From NCBI GenBank assembly GCA_963697165.1, contig CAVOMX010000022.1, positions 1 to 64,000 of the forward strand: a DNA stretch of 64,000 bases, in the 5' to 3' direction. Position 1 is the stretch's first letter; each line of letters begins with the position of its first letter. A program made the translations under genes and the position numbers. The notes below the pieces were generated by a model. It saw only the letters and a program-made list of their open reading frames with translations. It ran no database searches and was not told where the DNA came from. This DNA is from Candidatus Bathyarchaeota archaeon. Lineage in GTDB: Archaea > Thermoproteota > Bathyarchaeia > Bathyarchaeales > Bathyarchaeaceae. Of this stretch, positions 28,302-38,872 are shown one piece after another.

Positions 28302-29405
28302 ATGGACGAAACCATATTGCCTATCTGGAGACCCGACGCAAAAGCCGTTCTCATGGACAAAAAGGCTAGAGCCAGCTTGAAACGATACTTTGATGTCATG
28401 GAAGACGACAAGTCAGCCAAGTTCCTTATCGCCAAAAAATTGGTCGCCAACTTCAACAAGAACGATTCATTAACCAAACTATGGAAACTCCATGAACAGC
28501 TCACCCAAGAATTCTTTCTCCTCGAAAACAAGCTAGATACAAGACAACAAAATCTAGAAGAACTACCCAGTCCAGAATCGTCATTTCTTGACTTGAAACT
28601 CGAAATAGCAAACCGCATACTCGAGTCTTGTCACCTGTGTACTCGTAGATGCGGCTCAGACAGGCTCAAGGGAGAATTGGGTTACTGCCGATGCGGAACA
28701 AAAGCCAAAGTCTCAACCATTTTTTCGCATACTGGCGAAGAGCCTGAGCTGGTTCCATCCGGAACCATATTCACTTTGGGCTGCACTCTCCGTTGTCTCC
28801 ATTGTCAGAACTGGAGTATATCTCAGTGGTTCGAGTCGGGGAAACTGTACTCCACTTGGCAGTTGGCATTGGCGGTGGAGCAGCTTCGCAGGGGCGGCTG
28901 CAGAAACGTCAATCTTGTGGGCGGAGACCCCACCTCATGGCTTAGTCAATGGCTTGAAACGTTCAGATATGTTGATGTGAATGTGTCTGTGGTTTGGAAC
29001 TCCAACTCTTACTACAGCGAAGAGACAGCAAAACTGCTTGCCGGATTTGTGGACGTGTATCTTCTAGACTTCAAGTATGGACCAAAAGGGTGTGCAGAAA
29101 AACTTTCAGATGCTCCAGACTATTGGATAGCCTGCACCAGAAACCATGTGTACGCCAAAAAATATGGAGAACTCATCATCCGAGTACTAGTTTTGCCCAG
29201 CCATCTTGAGTGTTGCACAAAGCCTATCTTGAACTGGATATCCGAAAGTCTCGGAGAGTCTGTTCGCGTAAACTTGATGTTCCAGTATCGTCCAGAATGG
29301 CGAGCACACGAAATACCTGAACTGCGAAGATGCCTCACTGAAACGGAGAGAAGCCGTGCTGTAGAGCTGGCGAAAGAGGCAGGGTTAACCAATTTCATAA
29401 CATAA
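28302..29405 (+). CDS. PflX-like radical SAM protein
   Basis: CHLCTRRCG..R, H.GEEPEL.PSGTIF, CTLRCLHCQNW.ISQ and N.MFQYRP. Confidence 0.92.
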   Translation: MDETILPIWRPDAKAVLMDKKARASLKRYFDVMEDDKSAKFLIAKKLVANFNKNDSLTKLWKLHEQLTQEFFLLENKLDTRQQNLEELPSPESSFLDLKLEIANRILESCHLCTRRCGSDRLKGELGYCRCGTKAKVSTIFSHTGEEPELVPSGTIFTLGCTLRCLHCQNWSISQWFESGKLYSTWQLALAVEQLRRGGCRNVNLVGGDPTSWLSQWLETFRYVDVNVSVVWNSNSYYSEETAKLLAGFVDVYLLDFKYGPKGCAEKLSDAPDYWIACTRNHVYAKKYGELIIRVLVLPSHLECCTKPILNWISESLGESVRVNLMFQYRPEWRAHEIPELRRCLTETERSRAVELAKEAGLTNFIT

Positions 29406-29518
29406 CCGGTCAATGTTCGTGGTGCTACCCCTTGGCTGCTGAGTAGATTTAAAGTCTGTTTGTGCAGCATCTATCTTTATATAGTGACGTAAGAACAAAA
29501 AAGGAAAAGGCGGAAACT

Positions 29519-29725
29519 ATGCGATACTGTCCTGAATGCGGCGGCGAATTACATTATGTATCCCTTACGAAACGTTATGTTTGCAAGAGTTGCGGACTTT
29601 CTCTGACTCCTCAGGATCTCTACGAGCTACGTGAAAAACTAAAACCAAAATATGAGACCGACGAGGAACAGCATCAACAGCAGAGAAAGGATTACCTGAA
29701 GTGGTGGCTCGGCAAGAAAAAATAG
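29519..29725 (+). CDS. Small Zn-ribbon protein
   Basis: MRYCPECGG...YVCKSCG; ends DYLKWWLGKKK. Confidence 0.8.
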   Translation: MRYCPECGGELHYVSLTKRYVCKSCGLSLTPQDLYELREKLKPKYETDEEQHQQQRKDYLKWWLGKKK

Positions 29726-29855
29726 TACACTACAGAACGTAACGTTTTGAAAGATTAACTAGGTAACATCCTTTTTAACTGAATCTTCATCTACAAACAA
29801 AGCAGTTATTACCCGTTTTCAAGCTTTTAATCAGTAACTAATTCAGGGGTTAACA

Positions 29856-30671
29856 ATGAGCCAGTCTGTTGAAATAATCTGCGTCGGAAACGAGCTTCTA
29901 ATAGGCAAGACCCTGAACACAAACGGTCAGTATCTAGCAAAACGAATCACTACCCTAGGACTAACTACACGCCGCGTCACAGTTGTGGGTGACAACATCG
30001 ACGAAATATCGTGTGCCATACAAGAGGCGATTCAACGAAGCCCCAGTTTTATCTTAACCACGGGCGGTTTAGGTCCAACCTTTGACGACAAAACGTTAGA
30101 AGGCTTAGCCAAGGCGCTACTACGCAGAACTGAAGTCAACGAAGAGGCTTTGAAGATGGTTAAGGAAAAGTACCTCAGCTATGCGCGGGAGGGCAGGATG
30201 GAGACGGCAGAGTTGACTCCACATCGTGTAAAGATGGCTAAGCTTCCAGAAGGAGCCACGCCTCTACGTAACCCATCTGGAACAGCCCCCGCAGTATCCA
30301 TCAAACACGAAAACGTGACCATAATCGCTCTTCCCGGAGTGCCCTCTGAAATGAAGAGCATATTCGACGATTCAGTTGCTCCATTAATGCGGCAGGCTGC
30401 ACATGGCGTAATCTTTTTTGAAACAAGCATAAACTCTAAAAACGTCATGGAATCAGAGATGGCTCCCCTCATCGATAATGTGATGCAAAATAACCCTCAT
30501 GTTTACATAAAGTCGCACCCGAAAGGAACTGAAAGAGTTCCCTATATCGAATTTCATCTTTCTACAACAGCCAAAGACACAATCACTGCCAGAAGCCGCG
30601 TCAGCAAGGCGCTCATTCAGCTTACGGAACTGATTCAAGTGAAGGGCGGAACAGTCAAACCCGCAAAATAG
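29856..30671 (+). CDS. CinA-like molybdopterin-binding-domain protein
   Basis: VGNELLIGKTLNTN, TTGGLGPTFDD.T, N..GTAP and LPGVPSEM. Confidence 0.92.
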   Translation: MSQSVEIICVGNELLIGKTLNTNGQYLAKRITTLGLTTRRVTVVGDNIDEISCAIQEAIQRSPSFILTTGGLGPTFDDKTLEGLAKALLRRTEVNEEALKMVKEKYLSYAREGRMETAELTPHRVKMAKLPEGATPLRNPSGTAPAVSIKHENVTIIALPGVPSEMKSIFDDSVAPLMRQAAHGVIFFETSINSKNVMESEMAPLIDNVMQNNPHVYIKSHPKGTERVPYIEFHLSTTAKDTITARSRVSKALIQLTELIQVKGGTVKPAK

Positions 30672-30761
30672 GAAACTTGAGTCTTCAAAGAGGCGGACAA
30701 GAGATATATCCTCTAATTGAGATATGGAGTTCACGCATTTCATGTTAACTAGGGTGTTTGT

Positions 30762-31523
30762 ATGGCTGTAATCTTTATTATCGGAACCGCTGGGTCTGGA
30801 AAATCTCTTCTAACAGCCTCCTTAAACGAATGGCTGAAAGTTGGAAAACAGAAGGCGGCAACCGTAAATTTGGATCCGGGCGTCTTGCATTTGCCGTATG
30901 TGCCCGACATTGACATCCGCGACCAAATAAACATTAACGACATAATGGAGGAGTATGGGCTTGGACCCAACGGCGCCTTGATCTTAGCAGCTGATCTGAT
31001 AGCAGAGGAATCTGAAAGAATCGGAGGAGAAATCGAAGACCTCCAATCCGACGTGGTTCTCGTGGACACTCCGGGACAAATGGAGCTATTTGCCTTTAGA
31101 GCCAGCGGACCCTACATAGCAAACGAGATGACAACAGAGCAAAAGGCAATAGTGTACCTGTTTGACGCTGTTTTCTCCTTTAATCCCCTAAATTACGTCT
31201 CGAACATGTTCCTTGCAGCCGCAGTTTACAACCGCTTCTTCTTCCCACAAATGCATGTGCTTTCAAAATGTGACCTCCTTCCTCCTGAAGAGGCTAACCG
31301 CATTGTGGATTGGTCTTCCCGCCCTGAAGCACTTGAAGCTGCTATTGACGAGAAACTGACTGGAACAAGACGGCTTCTCAGCAGAGACATGGTGAATGCT
31401 ATTTATCGTCTGGGATTAGAGTTTCAGCTAATACCTGTTTCTGGAAAAACGAATGAGGGGCTGATTAACCTCACTTCTGCGCTAGAGCGGATTCTTGTAG
31501 GCGGAGAAAAGTTCACTATGTAA
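30762..31523 (+). CDS. GPN-loop GTPase
   Basis: GTAGSGKS, VNLDPG, LGPNGA, DTPGQMELF and SKCD. Confidence 0.95.
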   Translation: MAVIFIIGTAGSGKSLLTASLNEWLKVGKQKAATVNLDPGVLHLPYVPDIDIRDQININDIMEEYGLGPNGALILAADLIAEESERIGGEIEDLQSDVVLVDTPGQMELFAFRASGPYIANEMTTEQKAIVYLFDAVFSFNPLNYVSNMFLAAAVYNRFFFPQMHVLSKCDLLPPEEANRIVDWSSRPEALEAAIDEKLTGTRRLLSRDMVNAIYRLGLEFQLIPVSGKTNEGLINLTSALERILVGGEKFTM

Positions 31524-31740
31524 CTTTTTGATGCACTGCTGTTTCGTTTTATTCTGTAGACTTCGAATTTTTTGGGCACGTTCTTTGCTTAAGAAAACGG
31601 AGTTGATGAAGCCGTGAAGCAGGTTTTTAGCTGATTCATGGTATTTAATAAGATTTTCGTTTTTATGTCTATTTAAGTCATATCCATAACCATCTATTAT
31701 GCATAATATTTATATTTAGCCATATTGTGAATCTGTAGCC

Positions 31741-32232
31741 ATGATGAAAAAAAGAATGCTCAAGCTTCTGTTTGAGCTTATGAAGAACGCGAAGAGAAGC
31801 GACAGGGAAATCGCCAAAATCATAGGAGTTTCACAACCGACAATCACCAGAATGAGACAGCGGCTTGAGAAGACAGCCATAGTAGACTACACCGTTATAC
31901 CTGATTGGACTGAACTTGGATTCGAAATTATGGCCATGACCTTAGTCAAAGCCAAAGGACTACCAGAAGCTACAGAGAAAGCAAAGAAATGGGCTATGAG
32001 TAACGCCAACGTTGTTTTCGCCGCAGGAGGCGAAGGCATGGGTATGGACTATTCCATAATATCTTTCCACAAGAATTACTCCGATTACTCCAGTTTCATA
32101 GAAAACCTGAAAACAGCATGGACTGAAAATCTGCAAGACTTACAGAGCTTCCTTATGGCAACTGGCGAAGAGCGAACAGTGAAACCTCTATCACTAAAGT
32201 ATCTGGAAAAAACCTGGGAAGACACCGACTAG
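31741..32232 (+). CDS. Lrp/AsnC family transcriptional regulator
   Basis: 'ELMKNAKRSDREIAKIIGVSQPTITR' HTH. Confidence 0.9.
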   Translation: MMKKRMLKLLFELMKNAKRSDREIAKIIGVSQPTITRMRQRLEKTAIVDYTVIPDWTELGFEIMAMTLVKAKGLPEATEKAKKWAMSNANVVFAAGGEGMGMDYSIISFHKNYSDYSSFIENLKTAWTENLQDLQSFLMATGEERTVKPLSLKYLEKTWEDTD

Positions 32233-32370
32233 CCAACACACAAAACAACGCTGTCAAGCACACACATTTTCTTTTTCCCAGAACCTTTTTTTAATACCTT
32301 ATTGTCCTTTTTCGATTTCCTAGATGTGCATAGAAAGCCTTAATTTAATCGCATATCCCAAAAGCATGGA

Positions 32371-32463
32371 GGGTCCGTAGCTTAGCAAGGAAGAGCAACT
32401 TGCGCCTAAAGCACCGGGCTTTTAACCCGGGGGTCAGGGGTTCAATTCCCCTCGGACCCGCCA
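32371..32463 (+). tRNA. tRNA-Lys(TTT) with a 16-nt non-canonical intron (32394-32409, position 22/23)
   Basis: Acceptor GGGTCCG/CGGACCC, anticodon arm CCGGG-CTTTTAA-CCCGG, T arm AGGGG-TTCAATT-CCCCT, encoded CCA. Removing AGCAACTTGCGCCTAA restores the D-stem GCTT/GAGC. Confidence 0.93.
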
Positions 32464-32471
32464 AACATCCT

Positions 32472-33467
32472 CTAAATGTTTAGTATCTCTACCTGTTCAC
32501 CGATTTCTTCTCGCAAAGCCTTTTGATATGCAATATTGGCTGCGGCGGCATCCTGTATGGCAAGCCCCGTAGAAGCAAAAACTGTGATTTCTTCTGGCGA
32601 CGTTCTTCCATTTTTAAGTCCCGCCACTATCTCGCAGATGTCACCCCAAACATCTTCTTGTTTGATGATTCCTTTAGCGAATGGAACATTAATTTCGCCA
32701 CCGTGACAACTCTGGTCCCAATCATCTATAACAAGCTTTGACTTAACCAAAATAGCCGGATCCATCTCCTGTTTTCCTGGAGCGTCTGCACCCATACAAT
32801 TAATGTGCGTTCCATCGTTTACCCACTCTGCAGACACCAAAGGTTTTCTTGAAGGGGTAGCAGTTACTATGATATCAGCTTCTTGGGCAGCGTTCTCAAC
32901 GTTTCCAACATGGTAAATGCTGGATTGACTGTACTGTTTTTCCATTTCTTTTGCATACTTTGAAGCTGCTTTTTGGTTTATATCCCATACTCTCACTTCT
33001 TTGATTGTCTCAAAAACGAGTTGTAGTCCCATGAGTTGTGTTCTCGCTTGGGCTCCTGCGCCTACAATGCCGACAGTTTTTGGATTTGGGTTGGCAAGAT
33101 ACTTAGCTGCTATTGCTCCGGCTGCGCCAGTTCGTAAGGCGGTGATCCATGTTCCTCCCATTACTGCTTCTGGTGCACCAGTTCTTGGGTCAACCAGTAT
33201 TATCGTTGCCATGACTGTAGGCAATCCATGTTTTCGGTTTTCGGGGTGGCTATTCACAATTTTTACTGTAGCCACGTCGTTTTCTTCGAGGTACGCGGGC
33301 ATGGTTCTGAGGTCGCCGTTGTATTTGTTCATGAAAAGATACTGTTTTGGGGGCATTTGGGCGTGACCTAGCCCCTTCATTCTGAATGCTCCTTCTACTG
33401 CATCGGTAACTTCCTTTAGAGAAAGCAGTTTTTTTATGTCTTCTTCAGACAGAACTAACGTTTTCAC
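32472..33467 (-). CDS. ala: Alanine dehydrogenase (ornithine cyclodeaminase/mu-crystallin family)
   Basis: MPPK.YL, GDLRTMPAY, KIVNSHP.N, TALRTGAAG, GADAPGKQE and STGLAIQD. Confidence 0.88.
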   Translation of the reverse strand: MKTLVLSEEDIKKLLSLKEVTDAVEGAFRMKGLGHAQMPPKQYLFMNKYNGDLRTMPAYLEENDVATVKIVNSHPENRKHGLPTVMATIILVDPRTGAPEAVMGGTWITALRTGAAGAIAAKYLANPNPKTVGIVGAGAQARTQLMGLQLVFETIKEVRVWDINQKAASKYAKEMEKQYSQSSIYHVGNVENAAQEADIIVTATPSRKPLVSAEWVNDGTHINCMGADAPGKQEMDPAILVKSKLVIDDWDQSCHGGEINVPFAKGIIKQEDVWGDICEIVAGLKNGRTSPEEITVFASTGLAIQDAAAANIAYQKALREEIGEQVEILNI

Positions 33468-33597
33468 TTTTTTCGTATCCCCCTCTCTTTAATATTCTTA
33501 TTCGAAGACGTTCAGCTTTAATGTTACCTAGCCTGAGCAACTGCTCACGCAAACAAGAATTGGGTTCACGACAATACTCTAATTCGATGGCTCTAGC

Positions 33598-35175
33598 TTA
33601 CGGGTAATCTGGGTTTATTCCTGATAGTTTCATTAAAGGCTGTAAAGATTTTTTTCCATGTTTCCATCGGTAATACAATACATAAGCAAGCATTGTCACA
33701 AACCTTACTGGCCATTTAGAACCTTCAGCGAAAATTTCTATGTTGCGCCTCCAGCATGTAGCCAAAAGCTCCCATTGGAGTGACGTTAAATGCTTCAAGT
33801 CCATGTGACGAGCTTCCCTCAGTACACACTCATCTTCGGAAGTGAACAGTAACGGCACATAGAACAGTTTATTATGCTTCAGCTTGTCCACAAGCTCAAG
33901 CGTCGCAATCGTATCAGCTTCGGTTTCTCCAGGCAAACCAACAATTAACGTTGCCAAAGGCCAGATATAGTTCTCGTTCATGATTTCCAGTGCCTTGGTC
34001 ACTACATCCTGCCACTCTTCAGGCTTGTACGGAAACATCTTTCCCGGCATATACTTCTTCATGAGCCGAACACTTCCTGTTTCCATTCCAACTTCGACTG
34101 AACTGTGGCGAGTTTCATTCGTGACCCAGTATGATTTTTCGCGAAGAACAGGTCCAATCTCTTCAATCATATCGGGGTCGCAGACAACAGGTGCCAAAGC
34201 TGCATGAGCAGGTTGAATGAAGTCTACTTCTGGAATTGCGGCGATTGAATTGATTAACTTGGAAATTGCTTTGCGGTTTGGCAAAAACTTGGTGTTGCAT
34301 TGATACAGGAAGATGTCTTCGCTTGCCAAGATTATCATTCGTGTACCATGTTTTGCGTTCAATTCGACTTCCTGCATGATTTGCTCTAAAGGAAACGAGT
34401 GAGGTCTTCGCATCATTGGCGAGCAGAACTTGCAACCCCGACCGCAGCCACGTGTAATCTCCACTGTGCCGAAGATTGACGGGTTAACGATAGGACAAAT
34501 TTCCTCTGGATTAGGCGACTCGGTTTCAACTACTCTTGGAAGTTTTTCGCTGTTGAGTGCCTTGCGGAAAATCTCTATGGCTGTCTTTTCTCCTTCTCCT
34601 ATGACTATGCAGTCGATTCCATACTTCTTTTGCAACTTTGCCCTGTGAACTTGCCAAGAACCTGCTCCTCCAAGAACTATTTTGGCGCCCCACTTGTGTA
34701 GAATTGGGTTTGTAATTAGGTCTCTGAATTCTGCGGCAGCCACGGGTTCTCCGCCGAAGCCTACAAGAGATGTGTATGTTCGGCTGACAAAGCCTGTTCC
34801 CGTTGGCTCCATCGAAGTTATTCCAATAACTTTGGTGATTGGTCCAACAAACGTTTTCAAATCATATGGGTGCACTACTGCAACTTTTTGTTCGCCAAAC
34901 TCTCTAATCAGTGAAGCCTCAATTTTTCGCATTCCGTATGGCGCAAATTTGGCAGTGCAATCTCCGTTTGTGGGAACTCTTGGGTACCAATATTTTCTTA
35001 GTAATGCCCTTGGGATGATGGCTGTTGGAAATCCTCCTGTAAACGCGATGAATGGATTGAGCTTAAAGTCACTCATGTCTGTAGCTGGTCCCGTGAGAAC
35101 TATAGGAACGCCTTGAGCCGGAGGTGCGGCTCCATCCTTCTGTCCCATAATAGCGCGCATTCTATCGTACAACAT
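33598..35175 (-). CDS. Radical SAM protein with B12-binding-like N-terminal domain
   Basis: APYGMRKIEA, IGEGE, EITRGCGRGCKFC and G.ETGS.RL. Confidence 0.88.
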   Translation of the reverse strand: MLYDRMRAIMGQKDGAAPPAQGVPIVLTGPATDMSDFKLNPFIAFTGGFPTAIIPRALLRKYWYPRVPTNGDCTAKFAPYGMRKIEASLIREFGEQKVAVVHPYDLKTFVGPITKVIGITSMEPTGTGFVSRTYTSLVGFGGEPVAAAEFRDLITNPILHKWGAKIVLGGAGSWQVHRAKLQKKYGIDCIVIGEGEKTAIEIFRKALNSEKLPRVVETESPNPEEICPIVNPSIFGTVEITRGCGRGCKFCSPMMRRPHSFPLEQIMQEVELNAKHGTRMIILASEDIFLYQCNTKFLPNRKAISKLINSIAAIPEVDFIQPAHAALAPVVCDPDMIEEIGPVLREKSYWVTNETRHSSVEVGMETGSVRLMKKYMPGKMFPYKPEEWQDVVTKALEIMNENYIWPLATLIVGLPGETEADTIATLELVDKLKHNKLFYVPLLFTSEDECVLREARHMDLKHLTSLQWELLATCWRRNIEIFAEGSKWPVRFVTMLAYVLYYRWKHGKKSLQPLMKLSGINPDYP

Positions 35176-35274
35176 TTAAGAACTTTGCTGTGCCTTTTGT
35201 TGGTTGTAGCTCATAGTTGAGTGTTTGAAGTCAGAAGTTAATTATAAAAGAGGCATTCTGGAGATTAAGTTTTC

Positions 35275-36645
35275 ATGAAGACCGAAAGCTGGCTGCAATG
35301 TATTGTTCCTAGTTGTGGAAAAAAATACGGTATCACAGAACGGAGAACAGCATGTGACTGTGGCGAACTCCTTGATGTTCTATACACTGGAGATTTCCCA
35401 AAAGGTTTGCAGGAAACTTTTTGTGAACGCCTAAATCATAGACAGAACATCTTTAATGAAAGTGGGGTTTGGCGATACCGTGAGTTACTTAATTTTGCTG
35501 GAGTAGACACCGAAAACTATGCTGATTACAGCAGAAAGCTGGTTTCTCTAGACGGCGCAGAAGGAAGAACAAAGCCGTTTCATTTGACCCGAGTTGCCGA
35601 TTATGTTGGCGTAAAAACTGGAAACTTTTGGTTGCAGTTTGAGGGAGATAACCCAACAGGTTCTTTTAAGGATAATGGTATGGCGTCTGCTTTTACGCAT
35701 GCAAGGATGGTTGGAGCCAAAAAGGTTGTTTGTGCCTCTACTGGTAACACTTCGAGTTCTGCTGCGGCGTTTGCAGCGAACGAGTTGGATATGCAAGCGG
35801 TGATTCTTGTTGGGGAAGGAAAGATTGCTAAAGGTAAGCTTGCTCAGTCTCTTGCGTATGGCGCTAAGGTTCTGCAGGTGAAAGGCGATTTCGATGTTGC
35901 CATGTCTATGGTGACAGCACTTTCAAAAGAGAGCAACATCTACGTTGTCAATTCTTTGAACTCGTTCCGTCTTGAAGGGCAGAAGACTATGATGTTTCGG
36001 ATGCTCGATTATCTGCGCTGGGAAGTTCCTGATTGGATTGTGTTTCCTGGAGGAAACTTGGGCAACACTTCAGCTTTTGGAAAGGCATTCATGGAGCTTT
36101 ACGAGTATGGCTGGATAAAGAAGAAGCCGCGGATGGCAGTGATTGTCGCAGATGGTGCGTCTACCTTGGCTGACTTCTATAATGAGCTTGAGTTAAGATG
36201 GAACAAGGGAAACATCGACAACAGCATCATCGACGACTACTACGGCGAAGTTGACAGAAAGGGCATTAAAGCAAAGACACGAGCCAGTGCAATAGAGATT
36301 CTTAAACCCGTAAACTTGAAGAAGGCGCTGCGGACCCTAGAATTCACTGACGGAGTTGTAACAAAAGTCTCTGACGAAGCAATAATGGATGCTATGGCAA
36401 TGGTAAGCAAGAATGGTTTTGGATGTGAACCCGCTTCAGCTGCAACCGTGGCAGGAACCAAAAAGCTGGTGGAGAATGGCACAATCGGCGCCGACGATAC
36501 TGTAGTTGGCATTGCAACTGGTCACGTCCTAAAGGATGTTACAGCAATAGTGGATTACCATTTCAACCCAGAAAACAGATTCGCCAACACGCCAATAACT
36601 GTCGAGCCGGATATAAAAGAAATACTAAAACTTGCAGACAGTTAA
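35275..36645 (+). CDS. thrC: Threonine synthase
   Basis: NPTGSFKD (PLP Lys), CASTGNTS, NSLNSFRLEGQKT, PGGNLGN, CEPASAA and TGH.LKD. Confidence 0.93.
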   Translation: MKTESWLQCIVPSCGKKYGITERRTACDCGELLDVLYTGDFPKGLQETFCERLNHRQNIFNESGVWRYRELLNFAGVDTENYADYSRKLVSLDGAEGRTKPFHLTRVADYVGVKTGNFWLQFEGDNPTGSFKDNGMASAFTHARMVGAKKVVCASTGNTSSSAAAFAANELDMQAVILVGEGKIAKGKLAQSLAYGAKVLQVKGDFDVAMSMVTALSKESNIYVVNSLNSFRLEGQKTMMFRMLDYLRWEVPDWIVFPGGNLGNTSAFGKAFMELYEYGWIKKKPRMAVIVADGASTLADFYNELELRWNKGNIDNSIIDDYYGEVDRKGIKAKTRASAIEILKPVNLKKALRTLEFTDGVVTKVSDEAIMDAMAMVSKNGFGCEPASAATVAGTKKLVENGTIGADDTVVGIATGHVLKDVTAIVDYHFNPENRFANTPITVEPDIKEILKLADS

Positions 36646-36686
36646 CCCAAACTTCGATTCTGATTGTGACTAAACTTGCTTTGTTT

Positions 36687-36938
36687 TTAAGCGGAGCCTA
36701 CGAAGCTCATTGCCTGAGCCATTATGAAGAACAAGAAAATGGAGCTGGTGAGTTTGGAGCCTACCTTCCAGACGACAGAGAGAAGAATGAAGATTGTTGC
36801 GATCTGTATGAGCTGCTGAGACGCCGAGATGCCCATGTTTTCTAAGATGAAGCCTATGAGATAGGTTATCCCGTCTCCGATAAACTTCAAGCCAGTTACT
36901 ATCTGACCTAAGGCTTCAATTAGACCCGGACTAAACAT
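36687..36938 (-). CDS. Small membrane protein
   Basis: Hydrophobic 83 aa ORF with ATG start. Confidence 0.6.
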   Translation of the reverse strand: MFSPGLIEALGQIVTGLKFIGDGITYLIGFILENMGISASQQLIQIATIFILLSVVWKVGSKLTSSIFLFFIMAQAMSFVGSA

Positions 36939-37388
36939 TCAATTCTTAACCCCTAGACTCTACAGTGAGGCTCAAACATCAGTTAAGGTCGAATAACTTA
37001 TCAACATTATGAGGGTATTGCTCCTTATAGAAAATTCAGTAAACCAATTGACAACAGCAATAAGGCTCTCTTTTACTAACTCACAATATAGAGTACGGCT
37101 AATTTTTTCGCATTTTTGATGCTTGTCGTATAGACTAGAATATTGCCGAATCTAAAATACCTCAAGTTAAACCGTTCTTGGACACGGAACTCGCTTTATC
37201 TACACTTTAGGCACTGTTTACTATTTGATACACTATATTTGAAGAAATTACGCTCTCGGGTGGAGACATGCTTCTCGTCCTCTGCATTTTGATATTTCTC
37301 TTCATAATAGTTTATGGTGCAATATCATTACGATCTGTAAAATACATGAAACCAAGATAATTTTCTCTTTCTTCACCTCTCTTGGAAT

Positions 37389-37402
37389 GAAAAATTTAAG
37401 TA
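37389..37402 (+). promoter_or_regulatory. BRE/TATA promoter of tRNA-Asp
   Basis: GAAAAATTTAAGTA ends about 30 nt upstream of the tRNA 5' end. Confidence 0.55.
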
Positions 37403-37431
37403 CAAGTCTGCTTCTTTCTAGGGAATTGGAT

Positions 37432-37509
37432 GCCCTGGTAGTATAGCTAGGCCTAGTATAGGCGGCTGTCGCCCGCCCGACCCGGGTTCAAATCCCGGCC
37501 AGGGCGCCA
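37432..37509 (+). tRNA. tRNA-Asp(GTC)
   Basis: GCCCTGG/CCAGGGC acceptor, GGCGG-CTGTCGC-CCGCC anticodon arm, CCGGG-TTCAAAT-CCCGG T arm and encoded CCA. Confidence 0.96.
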
Positions 37510-37669
37510 CTATTTTCTCTCCTCAAAAACGGTTTTGGATAAACTCTAATGGCTGTCCTGCCTGTACGTTGGATTTTTTGTTAGGTTCTATGTGTACGTT
37601 AAGTTATTAGTAAAGTTGCGACAAAATAATGAAAGGAACGATTCCAGCCTGAATTCTTGGAGAAATGTT

Positions 37670-38872
37670 ATGGCACAAACTGGGAAAGAAAAAAAGCGTG
37701 AAGGATCATCAGTTAGGAATTTGTTAGCATTAGGGTTTGTTAGTTTTTTCACTGACATGTCTAGTGAGATGGTTTTCAGTCTTTTGCCCGCCTTTATTCT
37801 TGGTTTACCTGGCTCCAGCAGGGCTGTGTTGGGGTTGATTGAGGGAACTGCTGAGGCTTTGAGTTATAGTTTGCGTGCGGTTTCGGGGATTTTTTCTGAC
37901 AAGTTCAGGAAACGGAAGTTGTTTGTTTTGGTTGGGTACTCTTTGTCGAATGCTGTTAAGCCTCTCTTTGCGGTGGCTAGGTCACCCTTTGATGTTTTGT
38001 TGATAAGAGTTAGTGATCGTGTTGGTAAGGGTGTTCGTACTTCTCCTCGGGATGCTCTTCTCTGTGAGTCGGTTTCTGAGAATCGCAGGGGTGCCGCTTT
38101 TGGTTTACATCGGTCTCTTGATCAAGCAGGCGCTGTTGGGGGACCTGTGATTGCTTCGGCAGTTATGATATTGTTGAGCTTCACCATAAGAGACGTTTTC
38201 TGGTTGTCGATGATTCCCGGTACTATCGCATTACTGCTTATTCTGTTTCTGGTTAAGGAGCGGGCAGGCAAACCTGTTGAGTTTCGTTTGTTTGATGGCA
38301 TCAAGTCTGTTTTGAAAGGAGATTTTTCTCTGCTTCTTGTTGTTGTCGGCATTTTTAGTTTGGGTGCATTCAATTTTTCTTTTGTTCTTCTTAATGCTGG
38401 GGATGCTGGGATTGCAGATTCGTTTATTCCTCTGGTTTATGCGGCGATTAATGTTGCGCATGCTGCTGTGGCGATTCCTGCTGGCGTTTTGTCTGACCGT
38501 GTAGGTAAGGAGAAGGTTATGGTTTTGGGTTATGGCGTTTTTCTTTCGTCTGCTCTGCTGATTTTGGTTCCCGTGAATGTTGTTCTTGCTCTTTTGGTTG
38601 CCGTGTTTTATGGCGCGTATCTTGGAATTGTCGAGACTGTTCAGAGGGCTTTGATTCCAGATTATGTTGGACAAAATTTGAGGGGAACAGCCTATGGACT
38701 GTATTATCTTCTTGTTGGCTCCGCATTCTTTGTTTCTAATGCTGTGGTCGGAACTTTGTGGGAGTACTTTGGCTCTTATATTGCATCCACTTACAGCATA
38801 ATCTTATCGGTTGTGGCTATTTTAGCCATGATTCTGTTTGTTAGAAGAAAGCGTGAAAATGGTTTAGAGTAG
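37670..38872 (+). CDS. MFS transporter
   Basis: 'LGFVSFFTDMSSEM', 'DRVGKGVRTSPRDAL', 'RGAAFGLHRSLDQAGA' and 'GVLSDRVGK'. Confidence 0.92.
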   Translation: MAQTGKEKKREGSSVRNLLALGFVSFFTDMSSEMVFSLLPAFILGLPGSSRAVLGLIEGTAEALSYSLRAVSGIFSDKFRKRKLFVLVGYSLSNAVKPLFAVARSPFDVLLIRVSDRVGKGVRTSPRDALLCESVSENRRGAAFGLHRSLDQAGAVGGPVIASAVMILLSFTIRDVFWLSMIPGTIALLLILFLVKERAGKPVEFRLFDGIKSVLKGDFSLLLVVVGIFSLGAFNFSFVLLNAGDAGIADSFIPLVYAAINVAHAAVAIPAGVLSDRVGKEKVMVLGYGVFLSSALLILVPVNVVLALLVAVFYGAYLGIVETVQRALIPDYVGQNLRGTAYGLYYLLVGSAFFVSNAVVGTLWEYFGSYIASTYSIILSVVAILAMILFVRRKRENGLE

